From: Lama guanicoe
Taxonomy: Eukaryota
DNA: 64,000 bases
Reading direction: 5' to 3'
Assembly: GCA_013239625.1 (NCBI GenBank)
Contig: MU054187.1
Location: 9,817,231-9,881,230, forward strand
The stretch's first letter is position 1. Every line of letters starts with the position of its first letter. Below are positions 14,162 to 25,334 of the stretch, piece by piece. The notes beneath the pieces were generated by a model. That model worked only from the letters and a program-made list of their open reading frames with translations, ran no database searches and was not told the origin of the DNA. The translations under genes were made by a program, and so were the position numbers.

Positions 14162-14341
14162 GATTGCAGTTTGATTCCGGCTAATCTTGTAGAGGCATTT
14201 GGATTATTGATAAACTGCAATGAATCATCTCCTTGCCACCCACTTCTTCCTACTGTCCAACATACTTTGAAGAAAGCCATTGATCCTGAAGGGCCGCTTT
14301 ATGTAGCATCTAAACAGTTCAAAACTGAAGATTTTGAAAAG
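14162..14341 (+). CDS. MCMDC2: MCMDC2 exon (DCSLIPANLVEAFGLL...EDFEK)
   Basis: gtag acceptor after a pyrimidine tract, AAG|gtaaag donor; 180 bp. Confidence 0.92.
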
Positions 14342-16722
14342 GTAAAGATAGAAAAAATAATTACCAAGAATACTTGTGTGAATGTGTCTCAATTTAAATA
14401 GAATTCCCTTTGAACATTCAGTTTTCCTTACTTAGGATTCTTTTATTCTAGCTTGCTTCCAGCTTTTAAACATTTTAAGGACACTGTATAGAAAATATTT
14501 AGGATTATAATTAAACTAAAAACTCTATAGGAACATGGATATTAAAATGTTGAGTTTATTCTTTGAATCACTGACCAAATCACTATAGCTTAAAGAATTT
14601 CCATGAAAAAATTCAAAATAAAATGTTTCTATAAAATAGTGTGAGATGCCATTGTAGCTATATAGTTACATTTTACAGACTATTTAAAGGGGTTTCCTTT
14701 ATATGAATGCCTTCAGAATTCTGACTATAGGGGATACCTATCATGACTCACAAACCCATTTATTTTAATGTCATGACTTGAAAACATGTGTGGTATGTTC
14801 AGAGAACCTGAGAGCAGATTATGTAAATTTAGAAATGACTCTTATAGCTATTACAGGTACTCAAGTATTTACAAGTGAAGCTCTTTTAATATTAACTATT
14901 GAAAAATCTGTTCACAGTAGAGTTAAAGTGTCTGGGTAATCTTCAAAGGCATGGAATATTAGGACGTGAGTATCCATGGGTCATTAAATTTTTTGTTCAT
15001 TCCTGCCTTACTTGTAGCCATATGGCATGGTTATAAGGTTGAAAGGTGAGGTGGACTTAAAAATGAATTATCAGCATAGTTTATTCACATAGATTAGAAC
15101 AGATAAAGAACAATATGTATAATAAAATCAGGGGGTTTTTTGGTTTGTTTTAGTATATAAGAAAAAAGTAGTTAGCCTCTAGGAATTGAGCTACTAAATA
15201 CATAAGACATGCTAATGACCTAGAAAAATTTTTGCCCAATTTTTCCCTGAAAAACATAAACAAAAAAATCTATGGCTTTATTAATTAGCTAGGTATTTAC
15301 TGAATACTTTATATATATGAGTCTATTTCTGTTCTCTATATTCTCACAGAAATGTACATTTTCTTCTTTAAATAGTTTATTGTTTAACTGAGATAAAAAC
15401 TAGATACATGAAACAATTAAGGGACAATTTAAGTGGTAAGCTGGGTAGTGCTGACTGTATTTCAGGAATTCAGAAAGGAAGATACTGAGCAGAATGCAAG
15501 AGTTAGGGAGATTCAGGAAGAGGAAATTGGGCCTTAAGAAAAGGTAAGATTTAGATGACAGGAAGGATGGGCAGTCAAATAAAAATAAAAATAGCAGCAA
15601 AGACATAACAGTAGAAATGAGTACACATGGAAAACTACGAGAAGACCTGCCTGTCTGGAGCAAAAATTATATTATGGAGTCACTGAGATTAGGCAACTCT
15701 TGAAGAAGTTGACAACTGGAGGCCAGCGCTGACAGCTCTCCCAGCAGCTGGGACCACAGGTCCTTTACTTTTAAACCTCAGTAATATGAACCCTCCTAGG
15801 GTAAAACCTAGAGAGGGCTACCAGTGTTATTAGTAATATTATTATCCAGTTCTGAAGGCCTGGAGGAAATTGTGGAATGTAAGGAGAATAAAGAAGATAG
15901 GACATATCCACCCAGGACATATCCAGATCTTTTTTAAAAAGTTATATTTAAAATATATAATATATAGATATAGATATATAGATATAATAGTTAATAGCAA
16001 CTTTATTATGGTTAATTTTTCCTTTTAGTTCTTTGAGTTAAAAAAAAAACAGAAAACAGCTAGAATGGTAAAAAGTCTGGAAATTCTGTCATAGAATAAG
16101 GACTGAAGGAGTTGGGAATCACTCAGAAGGAAAAAAAAAAATGACAAAACTCAGAGAAAACAGTAATAATCATTAAGCTGAAGACTTACTCTCTACCCAA
16201 AATCTTACTGAACCGCCAAGGCCCATCTTCATAGTAGTTAACACAGCAACTCCCACATTGCTGGTGTTTCATTGTGTTCTTTAAAAGGAAGGGAAAGAAG
16301 GAGGGCAAGCAGCTCTAGGGTCAGTGAGAGAAAGTTTTACGGAAATAAACTGCCAGAGAATTAAAGCTATTCAAAGGGAAATGAGCTTCTGAGGGAAGCT
16401 CTCTACCCACTGAAAGGCTCTGAGTGAGCCTTTATTCCACTGGAAGCAAAGACTTGATAGTCATTCAAATACATTGTACAGAACATTTCTGTCCTAAGGG
16501 GGAGGAAGAGATTATTCTGGGTAAACTTTAATATTCTTTACAAGTATAAGACTATGATTTAAAATGTTCAGTAATTTTGGGTTGGCTCCAGGTGTTTAAT
16601 GAATTTCATTGTAAATAAAATATGCAAACTTTAAAAAATAAAATGACAATATACCTTAGATTTTATAATATAGATTCTGTAATAAAGTTTGAATCTCTTA
16701 AATTTTTATACTTTCAATTTAG

Positions 16723-16865
16723 CTGCTCAGTTTTGCGAAGAATTTGAACGTAGAATTCAGCTTGGAGGCAGAAAGAATGATTCATGGCTATTATCTAGCG
16801 AGTCGCAGAATCAGAACAGATTGTATATGTGGACCCAAACTGTCAGCATCTGCATTAAAATATTT
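16723..16865 (+). CDS. MCMDC2: MCMDC2 exon (LLSFAKNLNVEFSLEAERMIHGYYLASRRIR...ALKY)
   Basis: tttag acceptor, TT|gtaggt donor; 143 bp, phase 0->2; this frame differs from the listed ORF 16689-16883. Confidence 0.9.
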
Positions 16866-17722
16866 GTAGGTATTCAATTTTAAAATCATTAATGACTTGT
16901 AAATGATGTGTTTAGTTAACTGACTCATTTGTTTGTTTGATTGCTGGTTGGTTGGTTTATAATAAACCTTGTTCCAAATTAAGGTGACTTAATAATTCCT
17001 TCTGTTACAGTGTTACATCATGTGAATCTCCAACAATTTGTTTTCAGTAAATTAATTTTTATTGGGTCCCCTTATGAAATGTCTGAGAAAGCTCCACTGA
17101 TTTCAAATGCAAATGATTGTTTTTTAAATATGACTGTTTACATTCTAGATATTTTGTTGAACCTAGAAAAAAAATTTAAGTATATTGTTCCTTGTATTTT
17201 TAAATACTTTAATACACTCATGTATTATTGTTCCTTGAGAAGTTTTTTAAAAACTAATTTTTATCGTAAAAGGGAAGTATGGACATAGTAAAATAAAAGT
17301 CTAAAATAATGAGTAGCGTGCCCTGCTAACCCTATCCCTTACTATCCTACTCCCTAGAGATAACCACTGGTGACAGTTTTTGTGTATTCTTCGAGAAATT
17401 ATCCATTCATATACTAGCATATACAAATATGTAATTTAAATATGTGATTTATATTAAATGCATATTTTATTTGAGTATATTATATTCAGTGTGCTATTTT
17501 AGATGAATATATTATTTCAGAAATATCATATATAAATAATTTTATAATATATAAATATGAATATATTCATATGGATAGATATTCTCTTTTTGCCTAAAAG
17601 GAACCGTGCAATGTACATATTATGATATCATACTATCAGCATATAAAGAATTACCTCATTCTGTTTTAATAGCTGTATTACAGTTTTACTGTATTGTTGT
17701 GATGTGGCTGTAGCATAATTTA

Positions 17723-17872
17723 TTTTTTTTTAATTTAAACAAATTTTTAAACATTTTTTAGGGGGAGGTAATTAGGTTTTTATTTATGTATCTTTAATGG
17801 AGGTACTGAGGATTGAACCCAGGACCTTGTGCATGCTAAGCACACACTCTACTACTGAGCTATACTTCCCCC
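17723..17872 (-). mobile_element. tRNA-derived SINE, camelid Vic-1-like
   Basis: Minus strand GGGGGAAGTATAGCTCAGTAGTAGAG...GGTTCAATCC (A and B boxes); A-rich tail; TSD tagcata(a/g)ttt at 17711 and 17874. Confidence 0.8.
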
Positions 17873-19981
17873 ATAGCATAGTTTGAACAGTCCCCTGTTG
17901 ACAGACCATGACTTCATTTGATATAAATTAATGTATAGTCTCAACCAAATTATGAAATAGGACCAGGGGTAGAATAATCCATTAAATAAATAAATACCTT
18001 GTTATGACTGCAATATAAAATAAGAAAAGTGAAGGACTGACAGGAAATGTCAAGTATAGGACTATATGAGATACATATGTTTAGTTAATTTCTCCAACTG
18101 TATATTTATCTTCATAGAGCTTAAAAAATGCTAAAGATAGGGCAAGGTAGAAATCAACTGTAATGCTTTAACATGGTAAACAGTTGTATGCTGCTTTCTA
18201 TTTTCTGAAGTAATATTTAAAATACTCAATACTCAAAGCTTAAAAGATTTGATAGTCCTATTTTATCATAATGTTTTTTCTCTGTAGTAAAAAGATATTT
18301 TTTAAACTCACGTAGCCTCAGTTAACGTTGGACTATATTGATCCAGAATAAAGCAGAGTTAATTTTGATATGATAACTCTACTTTTTCCTGTTGTAGAAA
18401 CAAACACTAGAGGTGGAGATGGGTTTTATGAACTAGCAAAGTAAAGGAACCACTACTCAGAAGAGTCATAAACCTTTAATGTTTCTCCTACTTCTGTAGA
18501 CGGGTACCTAATAACACCAGCCTTGCTTTTCCAGAGAAGTGTTGTTGAGCAATACTTTCTTCTTTTTCCCTGAAAGGCTGTATACATAGTCTGTCCTGGT
18601 CAACATTTTTGGGTGAGGACATCAGGAACATGATAATCAAATGTATAAATAAACAATTCTGGAGAGATCCTCACAGGCTCAAATGTTGATCTTAGTTTAA
18701 CAAGAAGAAAATTAATAAGACAAATGTAATGTCTCTAATTAGATCCTAACCTTCCTGGCACAAGTGTGAATCATGGGAAAGGGATAATGTGGCTTACTAT
18801 TTAAAAGCCTTGAGATTTCTATTTTTTATGTTTAATATGCATAAGCAATGTAATATAGATGTAAATAGTACTGTGATTTGGGGTTGTATTAATAGAATAT
18901 TGTAATGAAGAGTGAGAAAATGCCAATTTTGCCTCACCTCCACTCTCTGATCAAATCACACCTGTAGAACTAAAAAGGAATATTAATCAAATCTGGTTGG
19001 GAGGGGAGTAGGCAGGATAATAAGGGGCCTGAAAATTATGTCTCATGACATACTAAAGGCACTAGTAATATTTATCTTGGAGAAATATTTATCTAGAAAA
19101 GTGTCTTTAAATATTTGAGGAGCTGTCACAAAGTATTAGACTTGTTTTATAATCCCAGAAGACAAAACAGGTACCAGTAGGTATAAATTGCAGTGAAACC
19201 AATTTCAGCTTACATTTATGTAGTCTTTGTGGGTGTCCCAAAATTTTCAAATGCCTTATTTGAAATCATAATAACCCTATTAATTACTATTATCCCCACT
19301 TAAGAGCACAGCTTCAAAAAAATCTTAGAAATTAAATGATTGATACAAAGTCATACAGCTAGTATTCTAGAGACATAGCCCAGGTTTTCTGATTCCCATG
19401 TCCAGCAATCATTCAAGTACATTAAAAGTAGTTTAAAACTTAAAAATAAATGGATTGCCTCATGATTCCTAGGGAATCCTAGGTTGAAGTTCAAAAGAGA
19501 CTGAATAGTAAGTAGTCTGGGATGTTGTAGAGAAAATTCAATTGGGATTTGATGGGATGTTGAACTTTGCTCTCTGAGATTTCTCCCAACATTGAAATTT
19601 CAAGATTCTATGAGGGCTTCAAGTGGATGAAGAACTGGGAGAAAACACCAAGGATGTGTCTATAAGAGATATTTAGTTAGGTTAATTTTCCCAACTGTGT
19701 ATTTATCTGAATAGAACTTGAGGGGCGAGAATAGTAAACAAAAGCCAGGGCAAAAACCGATACTTTGATAATAAGTCAGGATACTTGCTTGTTCAGTAAC
19801 GGTCTATTCAGCTTTGTAGGAAAAAATGCTTTGAAAAGAAACTGAAATTTTTGAAAAACAAGAATATGCTGAACTTTAAGGTGTGGCTTATGTTCATACA
19901 TGTCTTGGTTTGTTCCTGCCAAAATATATGTTATCTTTATAAAACCAACATATTTTGATTGGCATTAATTTTCTTTTTCAG

Positions 19982-20091
19982 AGTTTCCCTATCTGAAGCT
20001 CATGCTCGATTAAACTTAAGGAATAAAGTGCTTAAAGAAGATGTACTAATTGCAGCCTTATTATTTGAAACATCTCTTACATTGAAATATG
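19982..20091 (+). CDS. MCMDC2: MCMDC2 exon (VSLSEAHARLNLRNKVLKEDVLIAALLFETSLTLKY)
   Basis: ttttcag acceptor, G|gtaatc donor; 110 bp; MCM-type LSEAHARL motif. Confidence 0.93.
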
Positions 20092-20690
20092 GTAATCTAT
20101 TAAGCTATTAATAATCACTACAAATAATTATATTTAACTTAAAGATTCTTAGTCTGTTAAATTAAGATATTATATATATTTTAAATATTATTTTAAAGAA
20201 TAATAAATTTCCACCAGGTAAGACCTATTTGAATTTGAACATTTACTAATTGTTTATAGGTAGTATCATTATGTGATATTAAGTTCCTAATTGTGCATGT
20301 TTGTTTCTATACTTGAACTTTTGCATTGCTTAAAGAATTGTGAAAAAAAGTACTTAATATGGCACATAAAATGATTTTAAATTTGTCTTCCTTTTAAAAT
20401 AACATGCAACATTTAACTGTCAAGCAGTCCCCCATAGTGGAGTTAGGCATATAACCAGAGAAAATGTGATCATCTTGCATCACCACCTTCTCTGAATTGC
20501 TAGTTATAATATTGTAACTATAGCATTTAATTATTTGAAATGAAAGGAGCTTATTATGGTTTTGCTAATAAAAACATTAAAGGGCTCTTAAAGGTAAGAG
20601 TAAAGAGAATTATTCTCAGAGTTCTTTTTTGAGTTACATGAGACATAAATTTTGATGAGGTATACCATCCTTCAAACCAAACTTTGGTTC

Positions 20691-21131
20691 TGTTAACCTT
20701 AAACAATAAAAGAGCCGGTTATTTTAACCAGCAAAATGGGTTTCTTGGGGAGTAGGAAAGGATTGCAGCTGTGGTAAGCCACATGCAAGTCTGGTAAAGC
20801 AAAGAAGAAAAACTCTTTTACAGAGAAGGGTAAGTTGGGAGGGCTGTTACAACAAAAAGTCCATTGGGGGAAACTGGGAGGTCTAAGTATAGTGGCTTTT
20901 CATTGGCAGCACTGTGAGAGTCTTTCACTGGTGGAGCTGTTGCCAGGCTAAGAGAAAATCTTTCTTCCTCTCACTGGTGGTAGTAGAGTAGTGACAGCTT
21001 CTGCTGGATACAGGGTATGTCTCTTCCTGTTGGGATCTGTATTGATGTTGAGCGGTACATGCCTGAGAGCTCCCCCCATCCCTCCGGCCTCCCGACTCCA
21101 TTTTAGTGAGATTTTCCTTTATTAATTTTTA
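20691..21131 (-). mobile_element. Solo ERV LTR
   Basis: Starts with TG, ends TA (decayed CA); 4-bp TSD GTTC on both sides; strand is inferred. Confidence 0.55.
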
Positions 21132-22124
21132 GTTCCTACTCTGGGAGTTAAAGAATGTATTAACATTGACTTTTCTGTGTGTGTATGTTTAGTGTTTAAA
21201 TTTGCTTTGAATTCAATTTATATTGTAATACTTTTCTGCAAAGATCTATTAGAATATTAGAACTTTGTTCTATAATTATCTAATTTAAAAATTCTTAACT
21301 TAGGATTCATGGATACTAAGAGAGTCCTAAGGGCTTGTGAATCCCTAAGTTATATGTAAACTTGTATTTGTACATGCTTTGTACCTTTTTTCTCAGACGA
21401 ATCATAAATTTTATGAATTATGTCTTAGAGGTTCATATCCCCAGAAAAGGTTATTTATCATACTGAATTAGTTTTATTTACTAAAAGAGAAAAATATTGG
21501 TTCCCAACTATACTAAAGAAGGATATATAAATATTTCATTTTTAATTTGCTTTATCTTCACATTCTTCTTTTGTTCTATATTTTAAAACATACTTGATAA
21601 AATCTAAAACATTATTTTATGTACCATGAAGAAAAAAATGCTGCCAGTTTTACTACGACATACATTGATTCAGTGGTCAACTGTATCATGTACTGAGAGT
21701 TTGAATAAGATTAGATTTGTCAGTCTAGAGGTTGTAAATGGCCATAATTAGAACTATTTCAATGGAGTAGGAGTAGGGGTGGGGTAGGAAGTGAGGATAT
21801 GGAGACAGCACATAAGGACAACTTTGAGATGTTTGACTGTGAAGGTGAAGAAATAAATAGGTTATTAGCTGGAGAAGGATGTGTAGTCCAGGAAAGTATT
21901 TATTTTTCCAAGATAGAAGATATTAGATCGTGTGATGTGTAGTAGAAAGTAAACTAATGATACTATAGAAGAAGGAAAGAACAAAGATTGTTAAAGTCCT
22001 TAAAAAGGTGAGAGGGGATGGGATCCAGAGCACATGTGAAGGTAAAAGTCTCTAACAGAAGAGTCACTTCATTTTACTGGATGGAAAACAGTGGGTACAG
22101 AATCAGGTGGGTCTGTAGATTCGG

Positions 22125-22660
22125 TCTTTTATTCATTGTGGTTTTCATTTGCATTTTTCATTGCATTCATCTCATTGTGGTTTTCATTTTTCTAGTGATT
22201 AGTGATGTTGAGCATCTTTTCATGTGCTTATTGGCCATTTGTATATGTTGACTATAATTTTTGATGCACAAAAGTTTTAAATTTTGGTGTGGCCTATTTT
22301 ATCTATTTTCTTTCATTGCCTTTGTTTTTGGTGTTATATCGTAGAAATCATTGCCAAATCCAGTGTCACAAAGCATTTCTCCAATGTGTTTTTCTAAGAG
22401 GTTTACAGTTTTAGTTCTTACATGTAGGTCTTTGATTCACTGAATTTGATTCATTCATTCTGTAGATGATGTAAGGTAAGGAATCAACTTCATTCTTTTG
22501 CACATGGATATTGTTTCCACAGCACCATTTATTGGAAACATGGTCCTTTCCCCACTGAATGGTCTTTACACCCTAGTCAAAAATCATTTAACCACATATG
22601 CAAGGGGTTGTTTCTGGGCTCTTTATTCTAGTCCATAGATTTATCTTTTATCAAGATTAT
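22125..22660 (-). mobile_element. L1 fragment
   Basis: gatgttgagcatcttttcatgtgcttattggccatttgtat...cagcaccatttatt. Confidence 0.75.
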
Positions 22661-23003
22661 TGTTTCTCTACCTTCCAATACCTTCTCTCCTTACTCCCAC
22701 CTCCTCACATCACTATTCAACTTCCAAACACTAATGGCTATTTCAATAGATGACAAATTTATTTGTGGTTTCCAAACTTTAAAATTTAAACATCAACGTA
22801 TTTCTTCCCTTGGCACTGGTACCAGTTTGTGCATTTACTGAACCTGTTTTCTGGGTCTCAAAAATAATTTAAATAATGATTATTGAAATAACTATGCGAT
22901 AGATCAGAACTTAAACTTTCACTGGAGTATTTTGTTGAAAATATGGTTTCACGTTTAGTGTTTTTAAGCATTTCTCATTTATACTTTTTCTTTCTTCACT
23001 TAG

Positions 23004-23170
23004 GGGCCACTGTATTTTGTGTTGCTCCAAATGCATTATTTCCATTTGAACTGTGTAATGAAGAATATTTAGAGCAAAGGGATATCTATCTGACTCAGTG
23101 TCAACAACAGCTCCAGCAGTTTATTGCCACTTACGGACCTGGGACAGCTATTTTTGCTAGCGATGAATAG
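23004..23170 (+). CDS. MCMDC2: MCMDC2 last coding exon (GATVFCVAPNALFPFE...FASDE*)
   Basis: cttag acceptor; TAG at 23168-23170; AATAAA at 23323-23328 downstream. Confidence 0.93.
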
Positions 23171-24818
23171 ACAATCTGAGGAAGTTCTTTTCTTCACTCC
23201 TATTCAAGCGGTGGAAAAAAGTTGAGTGATTTTGAAGTAATGCTTCAGGTAATCTTATGTATTGGAGTACATTAGAATGCCATCTTAAAAAATAACATTT
23301 TTTTCAAATTAATTGCTAATGGAATAAACACTCAGAGCAAACAGCAGAAATTTAAAATTTAGGAGAATCCTATTAAAAAAAACTTCTGGTTAGCACAGTA
23401 TACCAGTGGTCAACAGATAAAAATATAAAGAATGTTGCAAACTAAGCAGTGTTAAAAAAAAAAAAAAAAGGTAACTTTCATGTAGTTTCCTCTATTTGTC
23501 ACAAGATGGCAATAACACTTAAAATATTTACCGACAAAGTATTTTTAAACAACTTTCTTGCTTTTGTGAACTTGACAAACTGATGAGTAAATAACAGCAA
23601 TGTATATAACCAGAAGCCTCCAATTTAAGGATTTTTTTCATGCTTTACTAGATATTGACATGTTCATTATTACTGTTTTAGAAGCACTAATTATGAGATC
23701 AGGAAAAGCCTTGGAAATTTTCCATTTTTAAACCAGGTTAAACAAAAAAAGTAATTTATATTGACTAAAGGTGTAGTAATTGGCTCTTTAAACCTAACTG
23801 GTTACAAAAAATGTACCAAAAGGCAAAGAAAGCAATTTGCAAACTCTGTCTTCATTTTGGGAGGGAAGATACCTGCTCTGAAAAGGTAGGGACACCATGA
23901 GAAAATATACTTGTAAAATCCCCAAATCCTTGTTTTCATTTTTCCAAGTTTTAATAAAATCCTACTCACTAAAAGGAAAATGTCATCACAAAATCGCCAC
24001 CTTATTAACCAAGATACTACCATACATCAATTCTTTAGAAATTGGTACTTCTTGGAGCTTAACCATAAAGGTGGACAGCTCTCCCATTCTCTAGAGGGCT
24101 TGACATTATCTGCTGGCCATTCAACAGTACTTAGGGAATATCCACTAGTGCCAGAGACTGTATACAGTGTTGTTCTCAGAAGGCAAACCTAGTCTTTAAA
24201 TTTTTTTATGTTACAAATCAAAGACCTTATTTTGTGGTTTCTTATATACTAGATTTGTCGTTGTTGTTGTTCTCTATGGGATGGCAAAACATTTGTATTT
24301 CATAAAACTAGGATTAATAAAATGGCCTCCATCTTACAATTAATTGTAGTGATGAGTCTGTTGACAAAGCAAGAGAACTAGTATCAAATACTGAGGAGGA
24401 AATGGTTTTCAAATGCTGCCTCTGATCACAGGTCATTAGAGAGATGTTGCTGTACACTTTTTGTATTGTTTGACTTACCATATTGAAATCTGAACCCTGA
24501 TAAAAGCCAGGAATTATGTACTGTGGGACTCAACAGGGGAAAAGCAAGATTTAGCGAAATTTAAATCTTCACCTGGGTAGGATTTCAGTTGTTTTCAATT
24601 CTTATAAACTTGCAAGCCCTGGACAGACTGGACTTGTGACTGTCCAGTCACTATCTGTCTTAATTTAGCATATTATTACTTGTACTACCTTTAGGCCTTT
24701 TCTCTTCACAAATGTAAAAGCAAACCAAGAATAAAATAAAAATTTTACAATCTGTAGGTCATTGGTGAAACCATTACTTTTAAGGGGTAATTTATTAAGG
24801 AGTTTAGGAAATTTCCAC

Positions 24819-25017
24819 TAGTTAACCCTTCAACACAGATTTCAACTGCATGAGTCCACATAAAGGGTGGATTTTTTTCCAATAAATGCATATTACACTA
24901 TACAATCTATAGCTGGTTGAAACAGAGGACTTGGAACCTTGGATACAAAGGGCAGACTATTTTCAACTTCAAGGAGGGTTGACCCTCCTAACCGTCCTGT
25001 TGTTCAAGGGCCAACTG
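24819..25017. mobile_element. Tigger2-family MITE (MER8-like)
   Basis: Terminal inverted repeats (t)agttaacccttcaa and ttgttcaagggccaactg; about 200 bp. Confidence 0.65.
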
Positions 25018-25334
25018 TGCTGGTTTTTCAGGTACAACAGCAGGTTCTGAAGAAGGGGGTCCTTCATAGTTTTCTAGTATGTAGTAAGTAGGACCTCTCC
25101 AGAAACCCTCTAAGACAAGAAAGGGTATGAGGACTGGATATAGTAAAAATGCCTCACCAGCTGCCTGCCACCTGACACTTCAAAAAGAATCACTGTCCAC
25201 AGGGAAGCTAGTTATTGACAAGAATAAACTATCCCTAAAGTATGTTAAAAACAAGTCTGACTAGTAAGCTGTTTAAAGATGGTATCTTTTAAAGAAAACA
25301 GACTTTACTGTCTAGCAATAAAAATCATTCGAAT

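Noticed and set aside
17790..17872. tRNA gene
   Set aside because: tRNA-like head of a SINE with a tail and TSD
24349..24394. Possible second C/D snoRNA (GTGATGA...CTGA)
   Set aside because: Only about 46 nt between the boxes, no convincing terminal stem or rRNA complementarity, and not in a same-strand intron
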